Assembly: GCA_001897435.1 (NCBI GenBank) | Contig: MKSV01000003.1 | Location: 651,250-715,249 of the forward strand | Source of the DNA: Acidobacteriales bacterium 59-55 | GTDB lineage: Bacteria > Acidobacteriota > Terriglobia > Terriglobales > Acidobacteriaceae | Reading direction: 5' to 3' | DNA length: 64,000 bases | Part shown: positions 45,969-55,701 of the stretch, piece by piece | Layout of the letters: each line of letters begins with the position of its first letter | Position numbering within the stretch: the first letter of the stretch is position 1 | Program-made: the position numbers and the translations under genes | Notes under the pieces: model-generated | Database searches by the model: none | What the model was told of the DNA's origin: nothing | The model's input: the letters and a program-made list of their open reading frames with translations, nothing else

Positions 45969-47735
45969 CTAGAACGGATTCAGCTTCTTCAGTCCCTTCT
46001 TCTTCTTGTGCTTGCTCGAAGACTCGACATCGTTGTCGAACTCGGGCTTGACCTTCTTCTTGCTGTTCGGATCGCCAACCTGCGCCGCGGCCTGGGTTCC
46101 GGGCTTGATGTCGTTGACCGCATCGGGAGCGTCGCCGGCCTTCTCCACCGGCGGCAGCGGCGTAGCATTCTCCGGACCCACCGCCTTCAACCCGCCGTTC
46201 GCATCGGCCGGAGCAGGAGCCGCAGAGGGCGTCAGAATCTCCACGCCCATCGAGTGCGACGAGGTCGCGCCCGAACGCGTCGTCCCGCTTGAAACCGTCG
46301 TATCCACCGCCGAGTTCGTGTTCGTGCCCGCGGCCGCCGTCGGTACATCGTGGAACGCCAGCGGTGCAGCCGGAGCAACCGGTGCGGCAGGAGCAGGGGC
46401 CGGTGCGGGAGCAGCAGCAGCCGTCGCCGGTTCAGCCGCCTTCGCCGCAGCCGCGTCCGCCGCCGCGGCCGCCTCGGGATGCATCGAGGTATTGAAGTCG
46501 TTGATGATCTTGCGCGTAATGTCCGGTGCCAGCGTCGGCTTCGGGTCCACCAGCGAAGGCTCGCCGATATGCGCCGCCATCACCGTATCCGGCTTGTGCA
46601 TCACCAGCAGCATCGCCCGGTCCTTCAGGTTGTAGCCGGAGCGGCTGTTCTCAAGCGCCGTGCTCGCCGCCACCTGCTCGGGCGTAGGCGTCGGAATCGG
46701 CACGTTCATCGCCGCCAGCCGGTCGCGCGCGTCCTCGACGTGCGGCGAGGCCGAGTACTGCAGCACTACCTTGCGATAGGCCGCCGCCGCCTGGCCGTCA
46801 TAGATCTGTTCCAGCCGCGCCTTGGCCGCCTCCGGCAGCCGGATCGAACGCACGTACGTCGCCTCGGCCGCGTACGCGTCGCCCAGCCCCACCAGCACAT
46901 CGTCCATGTGGCTGTACTCGGGGTACGTGTCCACCACCGTCTGTAGCCGCGCAATCGTCGCCGGCCAGTTGTGCGAGTGGGTCGCGTAGAAGTTGCCGAT
47001 CTCGGCCTCGCGCGCCGCCAGCACCTCCTGCACCTCGCGCAGCCGCTGCTTGGCCTGCGGCACCAGCGGAGACTCCGGGAACTGTTGCAGCATCAGCCGG
47101 TACTCTTCCTCGGCATGGGTGGCCTTGGTGTAGTCGCGGTCCGGCTTGTCCATCTGCCGGAAGTAAATGTCGCCCACGCGCATCTGCGCCTCGGCCGCTT
47201 CGGGAACGTTGGGGAAGAAGGTGATGAAGTCCTTGTACTCGCTCTCGGCCTGCATCAGCGCCGCCGTGCCGCCCTCCTTGTACCAACTGTCGGCGATCGC
47301 CAGCTTCGCCCGCATCTGGTACTGCGAATCCGGATAGGTGTTCAGCAGCGTCTGCAAGGTCAACCGCGCCACGTCGAAGTGGCCCTTCTTGGTCGCCTTC
47401 ACCGCCTTGTCGTACAGCTCCTTGTCGGGCAGCTTGGAGTCGGCCTCGGCCAGCGGGGCCATCTTCTGCCGTCGCCGCATCTCCTTCTTTGTGTCCTTGG
47501 ATTGGACAACCTTCTCTTCCTTCTTGTCCTTCTTCGAGTCCGACAGCGTCACGGTCTCCTGCTGCTGCCCGTTGGCGTCGGTCGTCGTCTGCGATGAGCC
47601 TGTCACCTGCGCCGATGCGATCGCCGAAGTCGAGATCAAGGACGTCAGCAACACTGCGACCGCCGCTCCGGCCAACGCGCCGGCCCTCAGGCTCGGAAAA
47701 AAGGAATGCCTTGTAAAAAGAGAACGATTATCCAT
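45969..47735 (-). CDS. bamD: Outer membrane protein assembly factor BamD with long Ala/Pro-rich tail
   Basis: TPR pattern: LLNTYPDSQYQMRAKLAIADSWY, FITFFPN, LMLQQFPES, LREVQEVLAAREAEIGNFY. Confidence 0.85.
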   Translation of the reverse strand: MDNRSLFTRHSFFPSLRAGALAGAAVAVLLTSLISTSAIASAQVTGSSQTTTDANGQQQETVTLSDSKKDKKEEKVVQSKDTKKEMRRRQKMAPLAEADSKLPDKELYDKAVKATKKGHFDVARLTLQTLLNTYPDSQYQMRAKLAIADSWYKEGGTAALMQAESEYKDFITFFPNVPEAAEAQMRVGDIYFRQMDKPDRDYTKATHAEEEYRLMLQQFPESPLVPQAKQRLREVQEVLAAREAEIGNFYATHSHNWPATIARLQTVVDTYPEYSHMDDVLVGLGDAYAAEATYVRSIRLPEAAKARLEQIYDGQAAAAYRKVVLQYSASPHVEDARDRLAAMNVPIPTPTPEQVAASTALENSRSGYNLKDRAMLLVMHKPDTVMAAHIGEPSLVDPKPTLAPDITRKIINDFNTSMHPEAAAAADAAAAKAAEPATAAAAPAPAPAPAAPVAPAAPLAFHDVPTAAAGTNTNSAVDTTVSSGTTRSGATSSHSMGVEILTPSAAPAPADANGGLKAVGPENATPLPPVEKAGDAPDAVNDIKPGTQAAAQVGDPNSKKKVKPEFDNDVESSSKHKKKKGLKKLNPF

Positions 47736-47880
47736 ACAGCGATGTACCCCATAAGCCTCGCGCCACGACGCACAGGCTGCGTTCCATTCTAGTCTTTCCG
47801 GCCGGTCCTGTCGTTCACCGCCGGACCCCCCAGCCGCCTTTTTCCGGCCTAGAATCTGTTTCAAAACCCCTTGGCCGCAA

Positions 47881-48085
47881 AATAGCAGTTGGTGTAGAGT
47901 CTGCCGACCCCTTTGTTTGTCATTCCCTTTGCCTGCCGACCCCTTTGTTTGTCATTCCCGAAGGGAATCTGCGGTTGCCTTCCTCCACACCAACAGCAAA
48001 TCTGCTTTAGCCACGTCATGTCGACCGAAGCATAGAGCACGTCATCTCGACCGAAGCGAAGCGCAGTGGAGAGACCCCTGTATTT
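47881..48085 (+). repeat. Family C repeat (47881-47985) followed by family A copies (48012-48085)
   Basis: Shared sequence with 35140-35210; family A termini. Confidence 0.72.
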
Positions 48086-48121
48086 TGCCTTTTCGCGCCG
48101 GGCCTCTATCCCACCTCCAAA

Positions 48122-48931
48122 TCAGCCCTTTTTTCGACGATCGCCCTTCGAACGTCCCTTATCTTTCACCGATTTCTCTTTCGCGCCATGCTTATGTCCG
48201 GCATGTCCTGAATGTCCGCCGCTCGGCGCCGCCGCCCGGGCCAGCTTCAAAAACGAGCGCGCATTCTTCTCCGTTTTGCCAGATTCCCTGTTTCCAGATT
48301 CCCTGTTTCCAGATTCCCCGTTTCGAGATTCAAAGATCGCCGATCCGGCCACCAGCATCTCCGCTCCTGCTTCGACGACCGCCGCCACCGTATCGTGAGC
48401 GACGCCGCCATCCACCTCGATGCGGAAGTTCAGCCCCATCTCCTCGCGCACCGCCGCCAGGTAGGCGATCTTTTCGAGCGCCAGCGGCAGAAACTGCTGC
48501 CCGCCGAAGCCCGGATTGACGCTCATCACCAGCACATAGTGCACCATCGGCAGCACTTCGATCAGCGTATCGACCGGCGTCGCCGGATTAATGACGACCC
48601 CCGGCTTCATGCCATGGTCCGCGATCAGTTGCAGTGTCCGATGCAGATGGCGGCAAACCTCCTGCTGCACGCTCACCATATCCGCGCCCGCCTCGGCAAA
48701 CGCCGGGATGAAGGCGTCGGGATCTTCGATCATCAGATGGCAATCCAGCGGCAGCTTCGTCACCGGCCGCAGCGCCTTCACCATGGGCGGCCCGAAGGTA
48801 ATGTTCGGCACAAAGTGTCCGTCCATCACATCCACGTGGACGATGGTTCCGCCGCCCCGCTCCGCCGCCGCCACCTCGTCGGCCAGATGCGCAAAATCGG
48901 ATGCCAGTATCGAAAACGCCAGCTCTATCAA
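48122..48931 (-). CDS. rpe: Ribulose-phosphate 3-epimerase with repeat-expanded C-terminus
   Basis: SILASDF, HVDVMDGHFVPNITFG, VMSVNPGFGGQ, IEVDGG, LVAGSAIF; TTG start. Confidence 0.95.
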   Translation of the reverse strand: MIELAFSILASDFAHLADEVAAAERGGGTIVHVDVMDGHFVPNITFGPPMVKALRPVTKLPLDCHLMIEDPDAFIPAFAEAGADMVSVQQEVCRHLHRTLQLIADHGMKPGVVINPATPVDTLIEVLPMVHYVLVMSVNPGFGGQQFLPLALEKIAYLAAVREEMGLNFRIEVDGGVAHDTVAAVVEAGAEMLVAGSAIFESRNGESGNRESGNRESGKTEKNARSFLKLARAAAPSGGHSGHAGHKHGAKEKSVKDKGRSKGDRRKKG

Positions 48932-49033
48932 AAGGTCTCGCTCCTGCCTGTGAGTTTACCAGCGCCGTTCAAAGGACGGTGGCCCCATCGCAACATAACT
49001 CTGATCGTATTGTTTCCAGGTTGCTCTATGTTT

Positions 49034-49079
49034 TATAAACAATTTTGCTTATACTGCTTTATAAACAACTTTGTTTATA
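49034..49079. promoter_or_regulatory. Two 20-bp palindromic operators upstream of hicA
   Basis: TATAAACAATTTTGCTTATA (49034-49053) and TATAAACAACTTTGTTTATA (49060-49079). Confidence 0.7.
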
Positions 49080-49089
49080 CTCATGGTCC

Positions 49090-49266
49090 ATGAAGAGTAG
49101 TGAGTTCAAGCGTTGGCTCGCGGAGCAGGGCGCGACCTTCAAAACCGGCAAGGGCTCGCATCTCAAAGTCACCCTGAACGGCAGGCAATCGGTCCTCCCC
49201 ATGCACAACAAGGAACTCGGCACAGGCCTCGTACAGGCAATCAAAAAGCAGTTGGGACTCAAGTAG
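49090..49266 (+). CDS. hicA: HicA family toxin
   Basis: MKSSEFKRWL..QG..F..GKGSH...LPMH..ELG.GL..AIKKQLG. Confidence 0.92.
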   Translation: MKSSEFKRWLAEQGATFKTGKGSHLKVTLNGRQSVLPMHNKELGTGLVQAIKKQLGLK

Positions 49267-49275
49267 GAGACGGCC

Positions 49276-49704
49276 ATGCGATATCCATTCAAGATGCGGC
49301 GGGACGGCAGATATTTTCTCGTGACCTTCCCCGACCTTCCCGAAGCCATCACGCAGGGTGAAAGCGAAGCGGAAGCTCTCACGGCAGCCAGAGACGCCCT
49401 CGAAACCGCTCTGGACTTCTATTTCGAAGGTGGTCGAATCGTTCCCGGCCCCTCTGCTCTCAAACGCGGACAACGATTTGTCGAACTGCCGGTCAGCCTT
49501 TCGGCCAAAGTCCTGCTCCTCAACGAAATGTTGCGGCAGAAGATTCGCCCGGCTGAGCTGGCGCGGAGGCTGCATACCATTCCGCAGGAGGTCAACCGGC
49601 TCATCAATCTACACCACACCTCGAAGATCGACCGAATTGCCGAGGCGATGAAGGTCCTCGGCAAGAATCTGCACATCAGCGCCACAAGAGACGAAGCCGC
49701 CTGA
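49276..49704 (+). CDS. hicB: HicB family antitoxin with C-terminal HTH
   Basis: VTFPDLPEAITQG, AELARRL...QEVNRLINL. Confidence 0.9.
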   Translation: MRYPFKMRRDGRYFLVTFPDLPEAITQGESEAEALTAARDALETALDFYFEGGRIVPGPSALKRGQRFVELPVSLSAKVLLLNEMLRQKIRPAELARRLHTIPQEVNRLINLHHTSKIDRIAEAMKVLGKNLHISATRDEAA

Positions 49705-49754
49705 AGAGCGATATTTGGCAGTCATCATGCGGCGGATATGTTGGCGCCGGGTGC

Positions 49755-49847
49755 GGGTGCCCCATATCCCGCTTCTGAGACATGGGCTCTCTCCCCGACC
49801 TCAACCGCCCGGGTGCCCCATCCATCGCGCTTCATGCGATGGGTGGG
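49755..49847 (+). repeat. Family B palindromes (two copies)
   Basis: GGGTGCCCCAT heads with hairpin bodies matching 27176 and 27351-27386. Confidence 0.72.
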
Positions 49848-49858
49848 AAAGCAAATTT

Positions 49859-51241
49859 TTACCCGTCTTTCCTCTCCCGCTTCCCCACCACAGGCACCAC
49901 CCGCTCCACCTCACCCCGGCCCTCGTGCAGAATCCGCACGGCAGCCTCCTTGGCCAAATCCCGCCCGGTCTCCGCCATCGCCTTCGGCTCGCCCAGCACC
50001 ATCCGCGCCGCGCCGCGCAGAATCCTCCGCACCGGCCAGCCTCCGTCCGCGTTCGGCAGAAAGATCTCTCCCACCCGCTGCTTCTCCGGTCTGTAGTACC
50101 ACCGCCGCAGCAAAGAAAGATGATCGCTCAGCACGGCCAGATCAGGAGCCGGGTTGCCCGCCGCACCCACCTTCGCCTTCAGCCTCTCGATCACCGCCCT
50201 GGCCCTCTCCTCCGGTGAATCGTCCGGCGCAACAGCCGCCCCCTCCAGCGGAACCGCCTGCAACATCAGCGGCTGCGCAAACAGCGAACTGCCCACGCTG
50301 GTCTGCTCCTTCACCGCCCGCACCCCCAGCGTCGACAGCCGCTCCGGGCCCGCGATGTAGCCCCCTTCAAGCAGAAACACCGCGGCATTTTCGCCCTCAT
50401 CGTCTTCCTGCGCCGCCTTCTGCACGATCACCGCCTCCAACTCCGGCACCGGACGCACCAGCCAGTCCGCCAGCGCCGCCGCGGCCTTCACCTTCTGCCA
50501 CTGCGCATGAAGCGCCGCTGCCCGCTCGAACTCCATCTCCGCCGAGGCCCGCTCGCGCTCCGCCCCGACCTCGGCCAGCAGGCTCTCGCCGCCTGTCTCG
50601 AAGAACGCCTTCACCCGTCCCGCCTCCGCCGCATATTCGTCCGGCGAACAGGCTTGCTTGCACGGCTCCATGCACTTCTTCATCTCGCCGTAGACGCAGC
50701 CCGGATGCCCCGGATACGGCTCCAGATCCTCCCAGCACCGGCGCAGCTTGAACAGGTCCAGCACCGCGTCTGCGTACCGCTCCGCCGCCGTCCGCGAAGG
50801 AAACGGCCCATAGAGATGGGCCAGGCCGCGCCGGGTCAAACGGTTGGTCGTGTACAGCCGCGGATGCGCGTTCTCCATCGTCAGCCGCAGAAAATACGGC
50901 GTGTGCAGCTTCAGCCGCCGCCGTGCCGCCGCATAGCCGAACTCAGCTGCCGCCGCGTGATAGAGCGTCAGCGCAGATTCGAACTCCGACCCGGTCACGC
51001 TGTACTCGATACGCGCGACCTTCTCCCGCAGGTTCAGCCGCCGCGACTGCGACTCCGGCGGCGCCAGCAGCCGCCGCATGCGCCGCCGCAGGTCCGCCGT
51101 CCGCGTCAGATACGGCTCGTCGCCCTCACGCGCGCCGCATAGCGCAAAGACGCCCGGCAGCGCCGGAACCGCGCGCAGAATCTCCTCCGCCCGCTCCGGC
51201 AGAAAATCGGCGACATGATCGAAATGGAAGCTCACCGCCAC
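49859..51241 (-). CDS. UvrC/Cho-like protein (GIY-YIG-like, Cys cluster, UVR domain; no RNaseH/HhH C-terminus recognised)
   Basis: PALPGVF, EKVARIEYSVTGSEFESAL, YGPFPS, CVYGEMKKCMEPC, ASAEMEFERAA. Confidence 0.72.
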   Translation of the reverse strand: MAVSFHFDHVADFLPERAEEILRAVPALPGVFALCGAREGDEPYLTRTADLRRRMRRLLAPPESQSRRLNLREKVARIEYSVTGSEFESALTLYHAAAAEFGYAAARRRLKLHTPYFLRLTMENAHPRLYTTNRLTRRGLAHLYGPFPSRTAAERYADAVLDLFKLRRCWEDLEPYPGHPGCVYGEMKKCMEPCKQACSPDEYAAEAGRVKAFFETGGESLLAEVGAERERASAEMEFERAAALHAQWQKVKAAAALADWLVRPVPELEAVIVQKAAQEDDEGENAAVFLLEGGYIAGPERLSTLGVRAVKEQTSVGSSLFAQPLMLQAVPLEGAAVAPDDSPEERARAVIERLKAKVGAAGNPAPDLAVLSDHLSLLRRWYYRPEKQRVGEIFLPNADGGWPVRRILRGAARMVLGEPKAMAETGRDLAKEAAVRILHEGRGEVERVVPVVGKRERKDG

Positions 51242-51580
51242 ACCCGGATTGTAGATTCTCTGCGTCGATTCGTTCCCGCCCGCTTTCGCCGCTGCGGCCG
51301 CTCGCGCCTATTTTCCTATTGATCCTAAAACGCTTCAGCAAGCTGCTCATTCATCCAGAAGGCTGCTAACCCATTGATTAATACCATGTTACATAGAATC
51401 CAAACGGGAATTGGCTTTCCCAGAAGTGTGCAAACTTTGACACCTTCAGGACGAAACTATTGTGGATTTCGCCTTAGACACACTCGAAACAAAAAGGTTA
51501 GCGGTTACTCCCCTTTGGAACCGAAAGTGCTTTCAGCAATCGAGTACGCCAGCAAACCATCTTCAGGAAGGAACAACTTC

Positions 51581-52231
51581 ATGTCCATGCGCCTGACCAA
51601 AGTACTTATCGCAGCCTTGGCTCTCTCCGTCTCCTCGGCCGTCTGCCGGGCAGATAACTTCTCTTTCACCGGCAACTTCAGCGACATCAACGAAGTCCAG
51701 CTCTTCACCTTCTCCGTCGGAGCGACCTCGACCGTCACCCTCCGCACCTACGGCTACGCCGGCGGAACCAACTCAGCCGGTCAGCTCATCGCCGAAGGCG
51801 GCTTCGATCCAATCCTCGCCCTCTTCCAGGGAACCGGCCCCACCGCCATCCAGATCGGCCAGAACGACGACGGCGGCTGCGGCTTCGTTCCTTCGGACTC
51901 CGTCAGCGGAGAGTGCTGGGACACGTATCTCCAGCTCACCAATCTCGCCGCCGGCGATTACACCGTCTCCATTCAGGACTACGCGAACTTTGCCAACGGC
52001 CCCACTTTGGGCGACGGCTTTAGCGGCGGCGCTCTGACCGGCGGCACCTTCATCGACTTCGACGGTCATAACCGCGACAGCCATTGGGCCTTCGACGTCC
52101 TGGGCGTCGAGTCGGCCGGCAACCCCACGCAGCCGCCCACCTCGCCCGTCCCGGAGCCGTCTTCGATCGCGCTTCTGGGCACCGGCCTCGCCGGGCTCGT
52201 CACCGGCGTTCGCCGCCGCATGAGCGCCTGA
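51581..52231 (+). CDS. PEP-CTERM protein (DVUA0089-like domain)
   Basis: Signal peptide; GGFDPILALF...QNDD; VPEPSSIALLGTGLAGL..RRR. Confidence 0.85.
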   Translation: MSMRLTKVLIAALALSVSSAVCRADNFSFTGNFSDINEVQLFTFSVGATSTVTLRTYGYAGGTNSAGQLIAEGGFDPILALFQGTGPTAIQIGQNDDGGCGFVPSDSVSGECWDTYLQLTNLAAGDYTVSIQDYANFANGPTLGDGFSGGALTGGTFIDFDGHNRDSHWAFDVLGVESAGNPTQPPTSPVPEPSSIALLGTGLAGLVTGVRRRMSA

Positions 52232-52335
52232 CCCGGCTCTCACGCCTCACCGCAAAGCAGACCCCTGCCCCCGGATAAATGCCGGAGACAGGGGTTTTCC
52301 TATTCCCAAAGCAGTCGCTCGACCCACCTCGAAAG

Positions 52336-52393
52336 CACGTCATCTCGACCGGAGCGACGGACAACTTCATCGTCCGGCGCGCAGCGGAGAGAC
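52336..52393 (+). repeat. REP-like family A (tail truncated)
   Basis: Head and GGAGAGAC. Confidence 0.7.
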
Positions 52394-52590
52394 ATTGGAT
52401 TCAAGATCGAAGTGCAACTTTGTCTCATTTTTGCCCTGTATTGCGCCGGTGTCTCGCCTCTATCTTGATTCAGGCGGCGAGATGGCTTTCTGAACAGACT
52501 GTTAGTGCATCGCGGAAAGTCTTAACGGAACCGGCTGCGACCTATGCTACCTTGCAAGGGATACCCTGGATACGCTCTGGAGGAGGTCCT

Positions 52591-53127
52591 ATGGCTGCAA
52601 ACGAGATAGACCCCCAATACCCGGTCGGCAGGTTCCAGAGGCCGGAGACGATCACGGCGGATGACCGCGAGGAGGCGATCGCGACGCTGGCCGAGTTGCC
52701 GGAGACGCTGCGTAACGCCGTCGACGGGCTGGACATCGCGCAACTGGAGACGCCCTACCGCGAGGGCGGGTGGACGGTGCTGCAGGTGGTGCACCACGTG
52801 GCCGACAGCCATATGAACGCCTTCGTCCGGCTGCGGCTCGCGCTGACCGAGGACTGGCCGACGATCAAGCCCTATGACGAGAAGGCCTGGGCAAGGCTGC
52901 GCGATGCGACGGCGGCCCCGGCGGAGTGGTCGCTGGAGCTGATCGAGAGCCTGCACGCGCGCTGGGTGCTGCTGCTGCAATCGCTCGACGAACAGCAGTG
53001 GAAGCGCGGCTTTCACCACCCGGAGAACGGGCCGGCGACGGTGGAGGCGACGACGCTGATGTATGCGTGGCACTCGCGTCACCATGTGGCGCACATTACG
53101 CGCCTGCGCATGCAAAGAGGCTGGTAG
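52591..53127 (+). CDS. YfiT/DinB family thiol transferase-like protein
   Basis: YPVGRF, TPYREGGWTVLQVVHHVADSH, YAWHSRHHVAHI; GGAGG SD. Confidence 0.9.
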   Translation: MAANEIDPQYPVGRFQRPETITADDREEAIATLAELPETLRNAVDGLDIAQLETPYREGGWTVLQVVHHVADSHMNAFVRLRLALTEDWPTIKPYDEKAWARLRDATAAPAEWSLELIESLHARWVLLLQSLDEQQWKRGFHHPENGPATVEATTLMYAWHSRHHVAHITRLRMQRGW

Positions 53128-53149
53128 GCATCCCTATGAAGGTGGCCGC

Positions 53150-54790
53150 GTGAAGGCGAAGCTGCCGCGCCGCGTCTCGGCGACGAAGCCTGAGCCCGAG
53201 CAGACTGTCGAAGAGATTGCCGCCGCGGTCGGCGAAGTTGCCGCAGCGATCGAGGCGTTTCTCGCCGAGCATCCCGGGGCGGTGGTGCTCGAAGACGGTA
53301 GAGTGCTCTTCGACATGCACGAGGCGAAGTACTCCCTGTCGACGGAGCATGGACGATGCACGCTGCACCTGTGGAGCGAGGAGCGCAATCTGGTGCGGCG
53401 GGTGGGCGCGGCGGCGCTGAGAAACGGCGTGCTGCGGCTCAGTACCTATCGCTTCGGGCAGACGAAGGCGCAGACGCTGGAGCTGACCGCGGATAAGGAC
53501 CGGCGCACGCCTTCGACCCGGGAGGCGACGCGGGTGAGGTATCTGCGCGTACTGGAGCGGGCGCTGGAGCGGAGCTTTCCCGGCTGGACACCGGATGGGC
53601 TGCGCACGGCGAGAGATCTCGAAAAGAGCTTTGGCCCGGCCTATGCGCGGGGATCGCTCGTCGAGGGGCAGAAGGCGTGGGCGGTCATCGCGGTCAACGA
53701 AGAAGAGACGCAGGCGACCATCGACGGCATCCTGACGCTGGGCATTCTGTGGCTGCATCACTGTCGCGAGTCCGGAGGCGGCCGTAGAGTCTACCACGGA
53801 TTGCGGTTAATTGTTCCACGTGGAACATCCTTGATTACCCTCTCGCGGATGGCCTGGCTGAACGCCGACGCCGCGCAGTGGGAGCTGTGGGAGATGGACC
53901 AGGCGACCGAGGCGTTGACCCGGCGCGATGCCGCCGACCACGGCAACCTGACCACGCGGCTGATGCACGCGCCCAACGAGGCAGCGGCGCGGGAGCGCTT
54001 TGCGGAGGCGGCGGCCCGCGTGATGGATCTGGTGCCGGAACCGATGCGCGAGCTGGTCGAGCAGAGGATTCGCACCGGCACGGAGATGGCGTTTCTTCTG
54101 CACGGGTTGGAGTTTGCGCGGATCAGGATGGGGTACGCGGGCAACTCGTTCAACAGCGCTCAGGAGATCACCTTCGGCGCGGGAGCCAACGAGACCCCGC
54201 TTGCCGTGGAGAACGAAGACGAGCTGCGGGAGCTGGTGACGCGGCTGTTTGCGCGCAGGACGGCGGGCGGCGACGGGCGCGATCCGCTCTACCGCATGCA
54301 GCCGGAGCGGTGGCTGGAGAGCGTGCTGCGGAGGGAGGTCGAGGTGCTCGACGAGCACCTTGACGCGGCGCATGTCTACACGCAGGTACCGGCCTTTGCG
54401 GCGGCGGACCGGGGGATGCTCGACCTGCTGGGCGTGACGGATGAGGGTCGGCTGGCGGTGATCGAGCTGAAGGCCGACGAGGACCTGCACCTCGCGCTGC
54501 AGGGGCTGGACTACTGGGTGCGGGTGCGATGGCACCACATGCAGCATCCCGACCAGGCGACCGGGCTGGGGGAGTTTCAGCGGCGCGGATACTTCGGCGG
54601 CGTGCGGCTGGCCGCGGAGGCGCCGAAACTTTATCTCGTCGCCCCGGCGCTGAGGGTGCATCCGGCGACGGAGACGGTGCTGCGGTACCTGTCGCCACGA
54701 GTGGAGTGGACGCTGGTAGCGCTCGACGAGCGCTGGCGGGAGAAGGTGAAGGCGGTGTGGCGGAAGCGGAGCCGCGCAGTTGCAAAGTAA
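53150..54790 (+). CDS. Hypothetical protein with C-terminal PD-(D/E)xK (NucS/EndoMS-like) nuclease motif
   Basis: LDLLGVTDEGRLAVIELKADEDLHLALQGLDYW. Confidence 0.6.
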   Translation: MKAKLPRRVSATKPEPEQTVEEIAAAVGEVAAAIEAFLAEHPGAVVLEDGRVLFDMHEAKYSLSTEHGRCTLHLWSEERNLVRRVGAAALRNGVLRLSTYRFGQTKAQTLELTADKDRRTPSTREATRVRYLRVLERALERSFPGWTPDGLRTARDLEKSFGPAYARGSLVEGQKAWAVIAVNEEETQATIDGILTLGILWLHHCRESGGGRRVYHGLRLIVPRGTSLITLSRMAWLNADAAQWELWEMDQATEALTRRDAADHGNLTTRLMHAPNEAAARERFAEAAARVMDLVPEPMRELVEQRIRTGTEMAFLLHGLEFARIRMGYAGNSFNSAQEITFGAGANETPLAVENEDELRELVTRLFARRTAGGDGRDPLYRMQPERWLESVLRREVEVLDEHLDAAHVYTQVPAFAAADRGMLDLLGVTDEGRLAVIELKADEDLHLALQGLDYWVRVRWHHMQHPDQATGLGEFQRRGYFGGVRLAAEAPKLYLVAPALRVHPATETVLRYLSPRVEWTLVALDERWREKVKAVWRKRSRAVAK

Positions 54791-54833
54791 GGCTTCGGAA
54801 ACAAGGTTGGGACTGGACTACCTGACCCTGACA

Positions 54834-54924
54834 AAATACAGGGGTCTCTCCACTGCGCTTCGCTTGCACCCCAGCGAGTCAAGTGCACTCGCCGGGGACC
54901 CCGCGCTCCGGTCGAGATGACGTG
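54834..54924 (-). repeat. REP-like family A, long variant
   Basis: Near reverse complement of 18157-18250. Confidence 0.8.
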
Positions 54925-54996
54925 CATTCGTCGATGAGGCGGGCGCGAGGCTATAAAATAAAACTAGTAGCTGGACAGATAGGAAACGACTCCGCA

Positions 54997-55344
54997 ATGC
55001 CGCTCTACGAATACGAATGCACTGCCTGCCATCGCCATACTGAAAAGATCCAGAAGTTCTCCGACCCCGAGATCACGGTCTGCCCGCACTGCGGCGGCAC
55101 GCTCGAGCGCGTCCTCTCCGCGCCCGCAATCTCCTTCAAGGGCGGCGGATGGTATGCCGACGGCTACGGCAACGCCAAGCCGAAGTCGACCGGCGCAAGC
55201 GATACCAAGAGCGATACCAAGAGCGCCGCGTCCGGTTCGGGTTCCAGCTCGGAATCCAGCGCGGCCCCTGCCTCCGCACCGGCGGCTACGGCTGCACCTG
55301 CCGCCGCGACAGCTCCGGCGGCGGCCTCTTCCGACAAGAAGTAA
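54997..55344 (+). CDS. FmdB family zinc-ribbon protein
   Basis: MPLYEYECTAC...CPHCGG..ERVLS..AISFKGGGWY. Confidence 0.92.
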   Translation: MPLYEYECTACHRHTEKIQKFSDPEITVCPHCGGTLERVLSAPAISFKGGGWYADGYGNAKPKSTGASDTKSDTKSAASGSGSSSESSAAPASAPAATAAPAAATAPAAASSDKK

Positions 55345-55353
55345 CCGAGAGAG

Positions 55354-55701
55354 CTACTCCTGCGGCAACATTCGGATGAGTTCCTGCTCTCCGTTGAGCA
55401 GGTAATACGCAATGAACTTCATGGGCTCGGTTGCAGACGCATTATCGAAGCGTGCGATGACGGCGTTCGCCGGCTCGTAAAAGGCGGAGCCGGCGGCCAG
55501 CGTATGCGGCTCTGCTTCCTCTTCTCGTTGAAATAAGGCCGTCCCTTCAGCGATGTACCCCACCACCGGACAAGGGTGCGAATGCCGCCCGGTCTGCTGA
55601 CTGGGGTGGAAGACAATCTCGCGAACGTCGACATGCGTCACGGTGCGGCTGCCGAGCATCGCATCCAGCAAAGGCCTTCTTCGAATTGCATCTTCTGCCA
55701 T
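55354..55701 (-). CDS. Cupin domain protein
   Basis: HSHPCPVVGYIAEG, GSAFYEP. Confidence 0.8.
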   Translation of the reverse strand: MAEDAIRRRPLLDAMLGSRTVTHVDVREIVFHPSQQTGRHSHPCPVVGYIAEGTALFQREEEAEPHTLAAGSAFYEPANAVIARFDNASATEPMKFIAYYLLNGEQELIRMLPQE

